This document shows positions 1 to 11,382 of a stretch of DNA of 42,010 bases, piece by piece. Position numbers and translations under genes: made by a program. Positions within the stretch are counted from its first letter, which is position 1. Each line of letters opens with the position of its first letter. A model generated the notes under the pieces. The model was not told the DNA's origin, made no database searches, and saw only the letters and a list, made by a program, of their open reading frames with translations. The DNA is from Ministeria vibrans ATCC 50519 (taxonomy: Eukaryota > Protista > Filasterea), in assembly GCA_943704425.1 (NCBI GenBank), contig CALSCP010000486.1, positions 91,447 to 133,456 on the forward strand, read 5' to 3'.

Positions 1-27
1 TCTCTTGTTCTCTCTTTGTGTCCGTAG

Positions 28-106
28 TGAAGGCCTTGCCAAAATGGCTTTGCGAATGGGCTATCAACCGTATGGAATGCCGAATCTTGAAGTGCTCCAC
101 TACTGA
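28..106 (+). CDS. Terminal exon of a probable Anp1/Mnn9/Van1-like (GT62) glycosyltransferase; gene starts upstream of the window
   Basis: A pyrimidine tract and TAG acceptor (25-27) precede (T)EGLAKMALRMGYQPYGMPNLEVLHY*. This resembles the C-terminal ETEGFAKMAKRLGYxVxGLPNYxVxH motif of Mnn9/Anp1. Only 25 aa are visible. Confidence 0.6.
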
Positions 107-655
107 GTGCCTGCTCTCTCGAGAGAGCGAGAATATTGATCACAAGGCGTATTCGTTTTATTGAAGAAATGTACTCATACAACAACATAACAATATATTA
201 ATCAAGATGAGAGCGCAATAAGAAAATGTTTCATTCAATCTTTTCCCCAGCCTCTACCTCGTGTACCCTCACGATTCACGCAATTATAACGCGGTCACAT
301 CGCAATCAACCCGTACATGTTAATGTTGTCACCACCTTTAGTCCCAAACCCTTGCCAGAATGTTGAATTCTGCGTGTCGCTGAAGCGGTGGGACACAAAT
401 CCGGACCATTGCACCACTTGAATGTATATGCTTCTTTTTTCAATAGTGGCGTCGCCACACCCGCAGTTCAATACAGAGACGCCGTTTCAATCCTGAAAGC
501 GTGCCTCCTCCGCTTACTGCGTTGAAGGCACTGGAAACCTTGACGGACGCTGACAAGCGTGTGCTGGCACGCGAGAGCGTCGCAGAGCTGTGGTTTCGTC
601 AAGCTATGCATGCCCCTCTTTGTTGATCTTATGAGAGACGAAAAAGGATACGTAT

Positions 656-1763
656 TTACTCGAGAAGGGCAATGATGGCCATCATGCCAACACCCGTACA
701 CATGGCAGCCATTTCCATCAGCGTCAGTTTCACCGTGCTCTTCTGCAATGGGAGAAAAGAAAATGAGTGATTGAATGAATACGCACGCACAATCTCTCCA
801 TTTTTGTTGATAAAGATCGAGTGATATATAATTATTTTTTTAACAATATAGCGTGAGACACACACACAGTATATGAGACACACAAAAAAAGACAGACGGA
901 GCAATGTATCGCAGTTATACCTTCAGCAATTGCGGCATAACCGTCACGAGCGCAATGTAAATAAACCCACCAGCAGTGAAGGGCATGATCCACGTTGTGG
1001 CATCATCCACCCCTTCCGCAAGCAGCCCCACAATTGTACCCAAGACCGCTCCCAGCGCTGTGCTGAGCTGTGCCATCATAGCATTGCGCTTGGACATGCC
1101 ACACTGAATCAGAATCGCAAAGTCTCCGATTTCATGGGGGACTAAGAATTATACGTATTGAGTGTGAACGGTCATGAGTCAGTGCGAGATTTGAGCACTC
1201 TTAGTTCTACCTTCGTGAAGAAGAATGGCCAACGTAGTAATGAGTCCCATCTTCTCACCGGCCAAAAATGTCGCGCCAATCGCAAGCCCATCGGTGAAAT
1301 TATGACTGAAATCAGCCGCAAGATTAAGATAACCCGCAACGGCAAACGGTTTCTTTTTGGGCTCTTCTTCTTCGTCTTCGTCTTCTTTCGCGTCCTTTCC
1401 GTCCGTTTTCTTGGGTGTACGACTGCGCAATGCCATTCCTAACACCATTCAAAAGAGTGCGTGAGTGCGTGAGAGTGAGTTTAAGAATCAATCTGTGTCG
1501 GTACCAGTTGTTTTCTTGGGCGGTGCTTTGAGTGTCCCGTGCGAATGGCCATGTCCCGCACTGTCATCGTCGTCACTCTCTTCCCCTCCGTGTGTGCCAC
1601 GTACCAGCTTTTCAATCAAGAAGAATGCAAAAATACCTCCAATAATCCACAATCCCAGTGCGAGTCCGCTCACTTGCTCTACACACACCAAATTCACACA
1701 CACATGCCTCTTCTCTGCTTGGGTACACATCAGCTTCCTCGTCCTCCGCCTCGGAACAGTCAC
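656..1763 (-). CDS. ZIP-family zinc transporter (SLC39A7/ZIP7/KE4-like), 3' exons
   Basis: Spliced exons give [20 protein letters not shown], a His-rich loop, [28 protein letters not shown]|[38 protein letters not shown] and [12 protein letters not shown]. These are LIV-1/KE4 subfamily motifs. Confidence 0.9.
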
Positions 1764-1772
1764 CTGCTTTCC

Positions 1773-1781
1773 NNNNNNNNN
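1773..1781. other. Assembly gap (N run)
   Basis: Run of n. Confidence 1.
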
Positions 1782-1898
1782 TACTTTGTTTCTTTCTCCT
1801 CTCTCTCTATCACTTTGTTTCTTTCTCCTCTTTCTCTATCACTTTGTTTCTTTCTCCTCTCTCTCTATCACTTTGTTTCTTTCTCCTCTCTCTCTCTC
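1782..1898. repeat. ~29-bp minisatellite (CACTTTGTTTCTTTCTCCTCTCTCTCTAT) in a hexosaminidase intron
   Basis: About 4 tandem copies next to the gap. The same unit occurs at 12650-12802. Confidence 0.9.
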
Positions 1899-1908
1899 TT
1901 AATTTTAC

Positions 1909-3129
1909 CTTTCCTGACTTGTCGTAACAATCAGTAAGCAAACCTGGTTGGCCCTTACCCCACGACTCAGAATGGCCCGCTTAAAAGTAAGAAAAAACAA
2001 AAAGAGGAGAGTGAAACAAAGTGAAAGATAGAGGAGGAAACAAAGAAATGAGAAAAAATGCAGCAAAGTGATAACGAAAGTGGGTGATATATATATATAT
2101 ATAAACCACTTACGGGTATCAAACTCAGCGAGAACTCGCACACCTCGAAAGTGAGCGTATTTGATGACCGACTGGATGTCGTTGGGAGTGTAGATGTGCT
2201 CAGGAAGTGGCCATGCGCCGTCGCGAGAGAGTGCAGGAAAGCGCGTCGAGACGTAGGGGAACGACTGCGAGTCGACAATGTGCCAGTGGAGCACATTCAT
2301 CTGAGGAAAATACAAGAGGGGGGTTAGAGTAGGGGAATTTTTTTTGGTGGTGGTGTGACTGACCTTGGAGTAGGCGAGTGCATCAATTGTAGCGTAAATG
2401 GTGGGCAAACGGAGATAGTGACGACTCGTATCAATCATCAGGCCGCTGAGTAATAACAATAATAGAAAAAATAAACAGGGAATCAAAAGCATAATGAAAA
2501 GGTTAAGAAAACAAACGAACACATTTTGCAGAGGATCATAATACCGATGGGCAAATCGAGGAAAGTCTGACACAGTCGTGCCGTTGATGAGATACACACC
2601 ATTAGCAACAGACACGAGCTGAGAGAACGTTTCAAGCGCACGAAGAGCCCCGAAGACAGTGCCAGCGGAGATCTTGGAGGCTACGCAGAAGGGGAGTGAG
2701 TTGATCAAGGGGGGTGAGGGCAGCAGACGTACCAGGCGCTGCGACGCTCAGAGTGTAATTCTCGTCCGTCTGCAGGCTCAAATCCATTGATGGGGACTGC
2801 ATCGTCACCTCGACGGCGTTGATGATGTCGAGGTTGGCCTTGGAGGAGCCTGAGCCCGAAAAATAGACAAGAGGCGCATAGCGCTCGAAGGCCGCCGTAA
2901 GAATGTCATTGGTCGGGCCGGTTGCCTTGAAGACAAAGTTCTCGCGCAGGGCCAGCTGGAACTCCGTGCCAGTAGGCGTCTGGGACGAAACGAGTTGAGT
3001 GTTGAACTTTCATTGTCTTCTTTTTTTTTTTGGAGGGACCTCTTTCTGAGGTTTAGGCCACATCGCTTCGCCAGCAACAAGCGTTGCACAAAGCAACACG
3101 CTCACAATCAGCACACCACAACGGAACAT
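1909..3129 (-). CDS. Beta-N-acetylhexosaminidase (GH20, HEXA/HEXB-like), 5' half
   Basis: ATG at 3129 gives signal peptide [27 protein letters not shown]. It continues [23 protein letters not shown]|[64 protein letters not shown], then a phase-0 GT donor at 1908. Confidence 0.92.
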
Positions 3130-3211
3130 ACTAAAAAAGTGTGTGTGTAAAAACTAAAGTCTAAAAGTAAAAAAAAAAAATCGACTAAATTTTTTTCAAA
3201 TATTTTACGCC

Positions 3212-3883
3212 ATGTCGTTCGATCTGTACGCCAGTATCGACGATGACGATGGGGATATTTCGTCGTACCTCCCCCCGGTCGCGGCGCCTGCTCTGCGGGA
3301 GCCGATCGCCGGGAGTGGCACCGGCTCGTCCGTTCAGTACCATTCTCCCAAATTCAAGCCCCCTTCCTCCGGATCGGGCTCCTCCTTCAAGCCACCACCA
3401 CCCAAGGGACCCACCAGTGTTGCCTACTCGTCGTTCCGCCCGCCAGCGCCCAAGCCAAACGGCGCTGCGGTTTCCTCCAAGACAGAGCCTCCCAAGTTTC
3501 GTCCACCGGCCGACGCACCGCCCACCGCACCCCGTGGCGCCGACGACCCCACCTACAACACCGTTCAGCGAAACCCTTCCAACCGCCAGCAGCGGCCCGC
3601 ACCCCCTCAGGCTTCCACCGAGCAGCGACGAGAACCAGAGCATAGCCGAGCGGCTCCACCCTCGTCCAGCGCGCACGCCGCCCGCCCCCCCGCCCCGCAG
3701 CCAGCCGCACCACACATGCAGAATGGCCTTGATCGGCGCGCGCCCTCCAGCGTGGCCTCCAAAGCCATTGGCGAGCGCAGTTCGTCCTTTCGCAAAAAGA
3801 TCAACCTTCCCGTCGGCGCTCGCGCTGCCGGCAGCCACGCCGCCACCAAGGCCGCATCGGCTGACTTCCGCCTCAAGGGCGAG
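3212..3883 (+). CDS. Pro/Ser/Ala-rich 224-codon first exon, probably the N-terminal extension of the myosin I at 12910
   Basis: ATG at 3212, open to ...DFRLKGE followed by a GTAAGC donor (phase 0). No nearby + strand exon continues it. The myosin exon at 12910 starts in phase 0 after a CT tract and CAG. Confidence 0.6.
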
Positions 3884-4170
3884 GTAAGCCCCGGGATCTA
3901 CCGCCTTCGTGCGCCTCTCCTCTGCTTCTGTCTTTCTCTCTGTCTCTGTCTCTCTCTCTTCCACTTTTCGCCATTTTTGTCTCTCTCGTCCCCTTTTGTC
4001 TCATTCCCCATCTCGCTTTCCACGCCCCTTCTTCCTTCGCCTTCCCCCCCCTCCGTCGATCATTCGTCGCTCCCACTGCCATATCTATCCCCCTCACATC
4101 CCCATTGTTCCGTTTTTTTAATTTTTTTTTTGGGTTTGATTTTTTTTTTTTTTTTTTTTTTTTTGCATAC

Positions 4171-4485
4171 TTCCGCCGTGCGAGTGACCGTGGAACCCAC
4201 CCTCGTGCGCATGGTCACTGTGGTCGCCGCCCATGGCGTGCGGGAGGAGGTGCAGGAAGACGTCGCCCAGGAGCCCACCAATGGCAAACGCCAGAAGCAC
4301 ATTCATGAGCGATCGGTTATGTTGTGTGCCGCCCAGAGGAATAAACAAGAGAATGACCACGGGTGCGGCGGAGATCAGAAACGTCGCACCCACTGCCTTA
4401 ATCCACACTTCAGGGTTGAATCGGTTCTTCTACACGCCGTGGTTGTGTGAGTGAGTGTGAGTGGGAGAGTATGTGTTGTGTTGTG

Positions 4486-4566
<81 letters not shown>

Positions 4567-5162
4567 AGTGAGGTGTGTGTGTCAGTGAGGTGTGTGTGTG
4601 TGTCTGTGTGTTGGGTCAGAGTGCTCACTCCCACCTTGCTTGAGGCGTGGCTGTGGCTGTCCTCGTGCGAATGCCCATGCGCATGATCAGCATGTGAATG
4701 TCCGTTGACCGCAACGTCGTCATCAGCAACCTGTGAGACAGAAGAGAGAGAGAGAGAGGAAAAAAAAAATGAGAATGCGAGTGAGAAAAAGAGGATTTGG
4801 GTTGAAAGAAAAACAAGAGAGCCAGGGCACAACACAGAGAGGAATCCCAACAACTGGTGTGACTAGAGCTACGGGGTGCTGCCACCAGCGAAGCACTGTA
4901 GGCGGCGAATGTGCCTTGGCGGTCATTTTCAAAAAAAAAAAAAACACCTTTTCCCTTCTCGTAAGACACTGTTTGCTCACCTTGCCATGCGAGTGAGCAT
5001 GCGTAGCTGCCTCCTCTCCACCATGCGAATGCGCGTGGGCGTGATCGTGGCCGTGGCTGTGCACCTACGCAGGAAAACGTCAACTCGGTGTGCAGTGCAT
5101 TGGCAGCTCACCAGCCCGGCAAATGCGACACAAAGGAGTGTCAGCAGAAGAAAGGTGCGCAT
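4171..5162 (-). CDS. ZIP7/KE4-like zinc transporter, 5' exons
   Basis: Signal peptide MRTFLLLTLLCVAFAGLVSC, then His-rich HxH exons, WIKAVGATFLISAAPVVILLFIP, LLAFAIGGLLGDVFLHLLPHA and HGHSHGG, then a donor at 4170. Confidence 0.9.
4488..4565. repeat. (TG)n microsatellite, intronic
   Basis: Perfect TG run. Confidence 0.95.
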
Positions 5163-5281
5163 ACTCGTAAAATTGTGAATTTGTGACTGAAAAGTAAAAT
5201 TTGAATAGATCTCGTTTATCTGATTGACTTCACAAACGAAAGGCAAATCTACTTCACTTCTTAGTTCTTACTTCGTTTGCT

Positions 5282-6238
5282 ATGTCTCGCCCAGTCGTTC
5301 ACTTTAGTCGATTTCTTGGACTACAACGCTATGGCGCAGCCTTGAAGATACAAGAATCGTGCGCGGCACAAGCGAGAGAAACGGTTCGGTGCTGTCATGA
5401 ATTATGATTTGGTTTTGATCAACTGATCGCTTGTCGTAGGGAAAAGCGACGCTCCTGGCCCTCGAACACCCTCCCGTGTACACAGTTGGACTAAAACCAC
5501 CCAAGTTCCCAGTTGACGAGGCGAGGCTACGCGGGCTGGGCGCCGAGGTGGTCAAGGTAGAGCGAAGGATGAGCGGCTCGACCGTGTCCGCGCACTCTTG
5601 TCTCATTGCCCCTCGCGCACGTAGACCACCCGAGGCGGCGACGTCACCTTCCATGGGCCCGGCCAGCTTGTGGTGTATCCCATCCTGGACTTGCGTGCCT
5701 TCACACCGACCGTAGGAGATGGAACAATCGTCCATCGCTCATCGTCTGACTTCTCTTTCAGCTGCGTGTCCGTGATTACGTGTACAAACTGGAAGAGACG
5801 CTCATCGAAACGTGTGCACACTTTGGCGTCAAAACATCGCGCACCGAAGACGTGGGCGTATGGGCAGGATCAAACAAAATTGCAGCATTAGGTGGGAAGA
5901 CAAAGAAGAGAGAACACACTAAGCGGGTTTGTTTTTTTTTGTTTTGCTGTAGGTGTTGCGGCTAGTCAACACATTACAATGCACGGAATTGCAATCAACT
6001 GCTCGACAGACCTCAAGTGGTTCCTTAATGTTGTTCCGTGTGGTCTTCAGGGAAAAGGAGTCACATCCCTGTCGAAAGAGACGCACTCAAATGGTACACA
6101 CACACAAACGCTCTCTCTCTCTCGCACTGACAGTTTCTCTATACAGTGTTAGTATCGGATGTTCTTCCGGTGTTCCTTGACAAGTTCTCGGAAGTGTTTA
6201 ACTGTGACATAGAAACTGAACAAGCGAGCGAGGAGTGA
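5282..6238 (+). CDS. LIPT2: Octanoyltransferase LipB/LIPT2 (spliced)
   Basis: [47 protein letters not shown]|[11 protein letters not shown] and [15 protein letters not shown]. The last exon reads [20 protein letters not shown]...*. Confidence 0.92.
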
Positions 6239-6278
6239 ACAAAAAGATTGGCGCAAGGTTGAATGTGTGTAATTTGGC

Positions 6279-7008
6279 TTAGTAATCACGACGGTACTCT
6301 GCGGGAGGAGGAGCACCGCCACCACCACCACCGCCGCCACTGTAGGCACGGGGTGGTGAGCGCTCACGAGTGTAGCGCGGGGGAGAGCGGGGAGGGCCCG
6401 ACATGGGCGGGGGTGCACCACCACCGCCACCGCCCGACGGACGCGGTGGGGGTGAGCCACGGCGGGGGTAGTCACGAGGGGGAGGCGCATCGTAGCGGCC
6501 ACCTACGCATGCAGAAAAAGACAGAACGATATGAGTTGATACGCTTCGAGAGAAAGGGACACACACACACGCAACGACATGGTATTACCACGGTCATAAT
6601 CATAATAATCACGGTGACGGGGCGGAGACGAACGACTACTATAGGCACCACCGTATGATGAAGAGGGGTAATGCGACGAGGAGGAAGAGGACGAAGGGCG
6701 GTCGTAATACGACGACGAGGAATAGGGTGCATAGCGATCTTGACCGTAGCGGTCGCCTCCACGGTCGCTTCCACGATCACGGTCCTCGTAGCGGTCACGG
6801 CCGTAGCCACCACCACCGCCGCGGTCGTCGTAGCGATCGCGACTGTAGCCTCCACCACCACCGCCGCGACGGTCGTCGTAGCTGTCACGGCCTCCTCGGT
6901 CGTCCCGTCGACCGCCATAGCCGCCGCCGCCACCGCTCAGTTGCGGGCATTCATTCTTCCAGTGACCCTCTGTAGAAAATAAAGAGTTAACACATCACGC
7001 GAAACAAC

Positions 7009-7078
<70 letters not shown>

Positions 7079-7859
7079 GCGTACCTTTTCCGCAGTTGAA
7101 GCATCCACCTTCAGCTGCACAAAAAGATTTGCATTGCATTAATATTCAAATCTATCTTGTGTGCGCAACATGTAGATATGCTATATATGTATGTATGTAC
7201 CTCCGCGGCGACGGCCACTGCCGTTGGCCTCCTCGATGCGGAGACGTTCGCCCTTGAAGACGAGTCCCTGCGAGCCAGCCACGGCGTCCTTGAGATCGCG
7301 CTCATCCGCAAACGCAATAAAGCCAAAGTTTTGCTTCAGGTCCACCTGAGAGATTTCGCCGTACTTGCTGAATAGGTCGCGAACCTCGTCCTGGCAGAGT
7401 TCGAAGGAAAGGTTGCGATGTGAGAGAGGGAAACGCAGTGACAAAATAATGTGCAAGAAAGGCAAGAACAGAGACCAGAGACGATGGACAGACCCCCTGG
7501 ACCAATGAACGGTGTGAACAGGTTCGTGACAGGCGCAAAGCGGGGTGCGGAGACGCAGAGAACAGTGCACAAGGGAGGACAAAGTGTTTTTTTTTTCTTT
7601 GTGATCAAAAAAGCACAACCGGAGAAGGAGATGGGCGCCCTCACATGGCATGTTGGGGAGACCATTCAAGTAAAAGGCCAGCAGAGGAGAGACAAGGGGC
7701 CCTTTGAAGACGTGCAACGACGAACGACGTTTTTTTTTTCTTTTTTTTTGATTTGGCTCTCGTGGCGAATCCTCGTTGGCAGTGGCTATGCCGTGGGGCG
7801 ACAAGAGAGAGAGAGAGAGCCGACAAGAAGAAAGAATGGCACAAGAAAGAGCGAGGCGC

Positions 7860-7906
<47 letters not shown>

Positions 7907-8117
7907 GGTAGAACCAGAGTGCGCAGACGAGAGGACGAGGCGAGCGTGGAAGGAAGGAAGACAGGGCGGTAGAAGGCGCATGAGGGCAGCAGGAGTGCGT
8001 TGTGCCAGCAGAAAGTAAGAAAGGCCGTTTTGTTTAGAAGACCTCAGCGCAGCGAGGGAGGTTGCCGACGAACAGCTTGGGTGCCTGATCGCGATGACGA
8101 GGGGGTGATCGACTCAT
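6279..8117 (-). CDS. SR-type splicing factor: RRM + CCHC zinc knuckle + RD/RG/RS-rich tail (SRSF7/RSZ-like)
   Basis: Exons 8117-8043, 7390-7201, 7114-7085, 6969-6589 and 6502-6279. They give KLFVGNLP (RNP2), NFGFIAF (RNP1), CFNCGK|EGHWKNECP and a low-complexity tail. Splice phases are consistent. Confidence 0.88.
7010..7073. repeat. (TG)n microsatellite, intronic
   Basis: Perfect TG run. Confidence 0.95.
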
Positions 8118-8490
8118 ATTCAATGAAAGAAAGAAGAGAAAAAGAAGTCTGATTCTGAATAACTAATAAGTGAAAATTCTCAAAAATTCTTTTCATGATC
8201 GTGTGATAAATCAGTGTCGCTCACGTTGCGCTCACGTTGTGCCCCCGTTCACGTTGGGTCGTTCTCCGGCAGCCCGTGACGCACAGTCGCTGCCGGTGAT
8301 TATGGTTTCCGCTGTCAGCAGTCCTCCTTGAGACGGATTGAGAGCTGCAAGCGGTTGCACGGGGAACGGCGTTTCCGTCATTCAGTCAGCTCAGTTGGTT
8401 TGGCGCAAAGGTCGCGACGTCACGCGAGAGGCGGGTCTCTGATCTCAAGTCTAGACATGACTGGCAGCGCTTGTCCTTGTCCCGCCTACT

Positions 8491-8790
8491 CTACTTGCCG
8501 AGTTTGCGTTCGAGTTGCTCAAATGCGCTGAGGTTGGTGGAGACTGCTGAGTCCACTTGCTCCACCACTGTCCCTGAGGCTCTCTCAAACGCCTTGACGT
8601 CCTCGTAGTACTGTGTCCACACGCACCGCACACAGCTCCCCATGCAGCAGTCTTCGGCGCCCGGTGGCGTCGGTGGCGCTGAAGGAGGTGAGTGTGGCAC
8701 AGTTGCAGTCGAAGCTCGTCGAATCGCAGCGGAAAACACCACCTGACTTGCTCGTTGCCCAACGATCGACCATCGTCCAAATGCCGCCAT
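8491..8790 (-). CDS. Oxidoreductase-like domain protein (OXLD1-like), probably mitochondrial
   Basis: An Arg/Ser-rich presequence precedes PPTPPGAEDCCMGSCVRCVWTQYYEDV and C-terminal LSAFEQLERKL. Confidence 0.8.
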   Translation of the reverse strand: MAAFGRWSIVGQRASQVVFSAAIRRASTATVPHSPPSAPPTPPGAEDCCMGSCVRCVWTQYYEDVKAFERASGTVVEQVDSAVSTNLSAFEQLERKLGK

Positions 8791-8889
8791 TTGAAAAGTG
8801 CAAACTCAAAACCGATTGATGATACTGACGACTGACTGACGATCACTTATTCGAGCTCTCTTTTGAATAATGACTTTTCAAATATTTTG

Positions 8890-9335
8890 ATGCGCTTTCA
8901 CTTTCGACAGTTCATAGTCATCTTCTTGGGTGCCTCTTTGCTGTGCCTGGTGCACATGCAGCATGATCTCAGCCGCACCCTCGACGAAAATGCGGCTCTG
9001 CCCCCCCCACCACCGCCGCCGTTGCCGCCACACAAGGGCGTGGCGCATGAGGAGGAGGTCGAACCGTTAGAACGCCGAGATCATCCTGCTTCGTGCCCCC
9101 TCGAGGTTCCTGCCTCTGCTCGGTTTCCCCACTGCAATGCCAAACTTGCATGGATGAAAGATCACTGGCGAAGCGACAAGTGTTACGCCGAGTGTGGCGT
9201 TGACGGTTCGATCTGCTCCTTTCACGCGTACCTCTCCATTGTCGAGCACCACTGCCCGACACGCACCGACATGGCGATGCCGACCATGCACGCGAGCTGT
9301 ACCAATCCCGTAGACACTGTGTTGGAATACAGGCG

Positions 9336-9413
<78 letters not shown>

Positions 9414-11199
9414 CGAAGCGACAGAGAGGCGACCGCCGCTGCGTCGTCGAGACTCGCTCGACGGCCTTGTGGCTGAGCTGAAGAAGAATGTCAAGTTTAA
9501 GTGGATCCTCACTCGTATTGAGCGCATGGAATCCTCGTGGATCGATGCCATCAGAGAATACGGCGCACGACCGCTGAAGAGTGACGAGTTACCGCCTGTG
9601 CGTCAGCGTATTCTCATTTATCCGGGCCTTGTCAGCGACTACAATCACCTCAACATTGCTGAAGATGCCTTCAAGGGAGGACCTCTGGGCGAGCTAGTGC
9701 AGTGGACAGATTTGCTGTGTTCGCTCTACCTGCTGGGCCACGATCTCGAGGTCCAAACAGAGCGACCGGCGCTTCAGGCGCTTGTCGCACGCAATGTTCG
9801 TGCACGCGTCTCCTCCACACTGCCTCAGGCGGAATACAATGGAATGGGCATTCCAAAAGACGCGTGTGGTCGTCCGGTGCTTCCTTCCGTCTCAACGAAC
9901 CAACAAGGGTTTGCCAAAGGTGGTCAAGACGAAAGCCTCGACGATCCCAACGTATTCGACGTGGTCTACACCGATCTTCTGGGCCTGCGGCAGATGCGCT
10001 CGGTCCGTCTGTTTCAGCAGAACCGCTGCATTGTGCGTGTCCTTGACTCGTTTGGGACCGAAGCACAGTACAATGTGGGGCGGCGTCAGTCAGCGTGGGG
10101 TCACGAGCGGCTCGACCTGCGCCAGTTTCATGTCATGTTCCCTCACTCGCCCGACAACACCTTTCTCGGCTTTGTCGTCGAGCAGCCTGCGCCTCCCGAG
10201 GGTGGCTGGGCGATGCACACGAAGAAAAAGCAGGCACTGGTGTACGGGAAAGAACTGGATATGTGGGAAGGGAAACGGACGTTGTTGGACGCAGTGCACG
10301 ACGCAGGGTTTGAAGTACACGCGACGTGTGGCATGACCAAGGCGAAAAAGGTCAAGCCGGAGTCGGTCATTCCATCGTACGTCATCAACCATGGTGTGCT
10401 TCCCGGCGCCGAGCTAATGCCGTTGCTCCGTGACTCGTGGCTCTTTGTCGGCATGGGGTTTCCCTATGAGGGACCTGCAGCACTCGAGGCTGTGGCGGCC
10501 GGCGCTGTCTTTCTCAACCCAAAGTTTGATCCTCCCCACAGCTCGCGTGTAACGCCCTTTTTCAAGGGCAAGCCCACGGACCGTCTCGTCACATCACAGC
10601 ACCCGTACATGGAAGAGTTTGTGGGCGAGCCGCATGTGTACACGGTGCCCATCAGCGGCACTTCGACTGCTCTTCTTCACGAAGCACTCGCCAAGATTGC
10701 CTCGGCACCGCAACAGCCGCGTCTCAACGTAGAATTTACTCATATTGGAATGCTTCAGCGGGTCGATGTGCTTGTGCAGAAGCTTGACACGTGCACTCCA
10801 GCGAGCACAGCGCCAGTATCCTCCGTATGGCCACCTATAAAGGAGCTCAAACTTCGCCTGAGCGATGCGGGCGAGTCGTGCAAGCAGACGTGTCTGCGCC
10901 AGGGTCTTGTTTGCGAACACGCCTTTCTGGCGCCCATTAACCGCGCCATGGCCGCAACAGGGGGCGATGGCGACCCTTTCTCCGTGCGCGACCTTCTTGG
11001 CTGCGCGACCTCTCCCATCATATCTAGTGCGTCTCAACTGCACACTCCCGCTCGCGACTCGCTCACCGGCGAGTGTTTCGTGCAGGCCGATCCTGCTCTG
11101 CTCGAGTGTGTGGGCCACACCGAGGCACTCATCCGCGCCTGCCCCTGCCGTGCCTTCCTCCCCGGTCAGACCGCTCTTTGTCCATCTTGTACTCTGTAA
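8890..11199 (+). CDS. MGAT5: Alpha-1,6-mannosylglycoprotein 6-beta-N-acetylglucosaminyltransferase (GnT-V, GT18), single exon
   Basis: Type II membrane anchor, then FPHCNAKLAWM..W..DKCY..CGVDGSICSF, GGPLGELVQW, RVLDSFGTE, MFPHSPDNTFLGF, GFPYEGPAALEA, SQHPY and a Cys-rich C-terminus CPCR..GQTALC. The first ATG is at 8890. Confidence 0.93.
9337..9411 (+). repeat. (CAG)n encoding 25 Gln in the MGAT5 stem
   Basis: Perfect CAG run ending in CAA. Confidence 0.95.
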
Positions 11200-11382
11200 A
11201 ATTTACTAGAATAAAATTTATTGTTATTATTATTATCATTATTATTATTAGTAAATTTATAAGTGATATTTTTCTAAAGACTCGATGACTTGATGATTGA
11301 TAATAAGTGTCGTAATCACTTTCATTTCAACGTGTGCAAGTGAACAAAAGAGTGAGACACAGAGGAGGGAAGTGGGTCGTTT

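Noticed and set aside
1782-1898. 29-bp repeats as a CRISPR array
   Set aside because: Tandem low-complexity units with no unique spacers, in a eukaryotic intron.
1909-3129. Two separate hexosaminidase pseudogenes
   Set aside because: The halves are non-overlapping, complementary and phase-matched, with no lesions seen; one split gene is simpler.
3884-4450. C-terminal part of the 412-aa ORF at 3212
   Set aside because: Read-through of intron CT/poly-T sequence and the antisense of ZIP7 exons.
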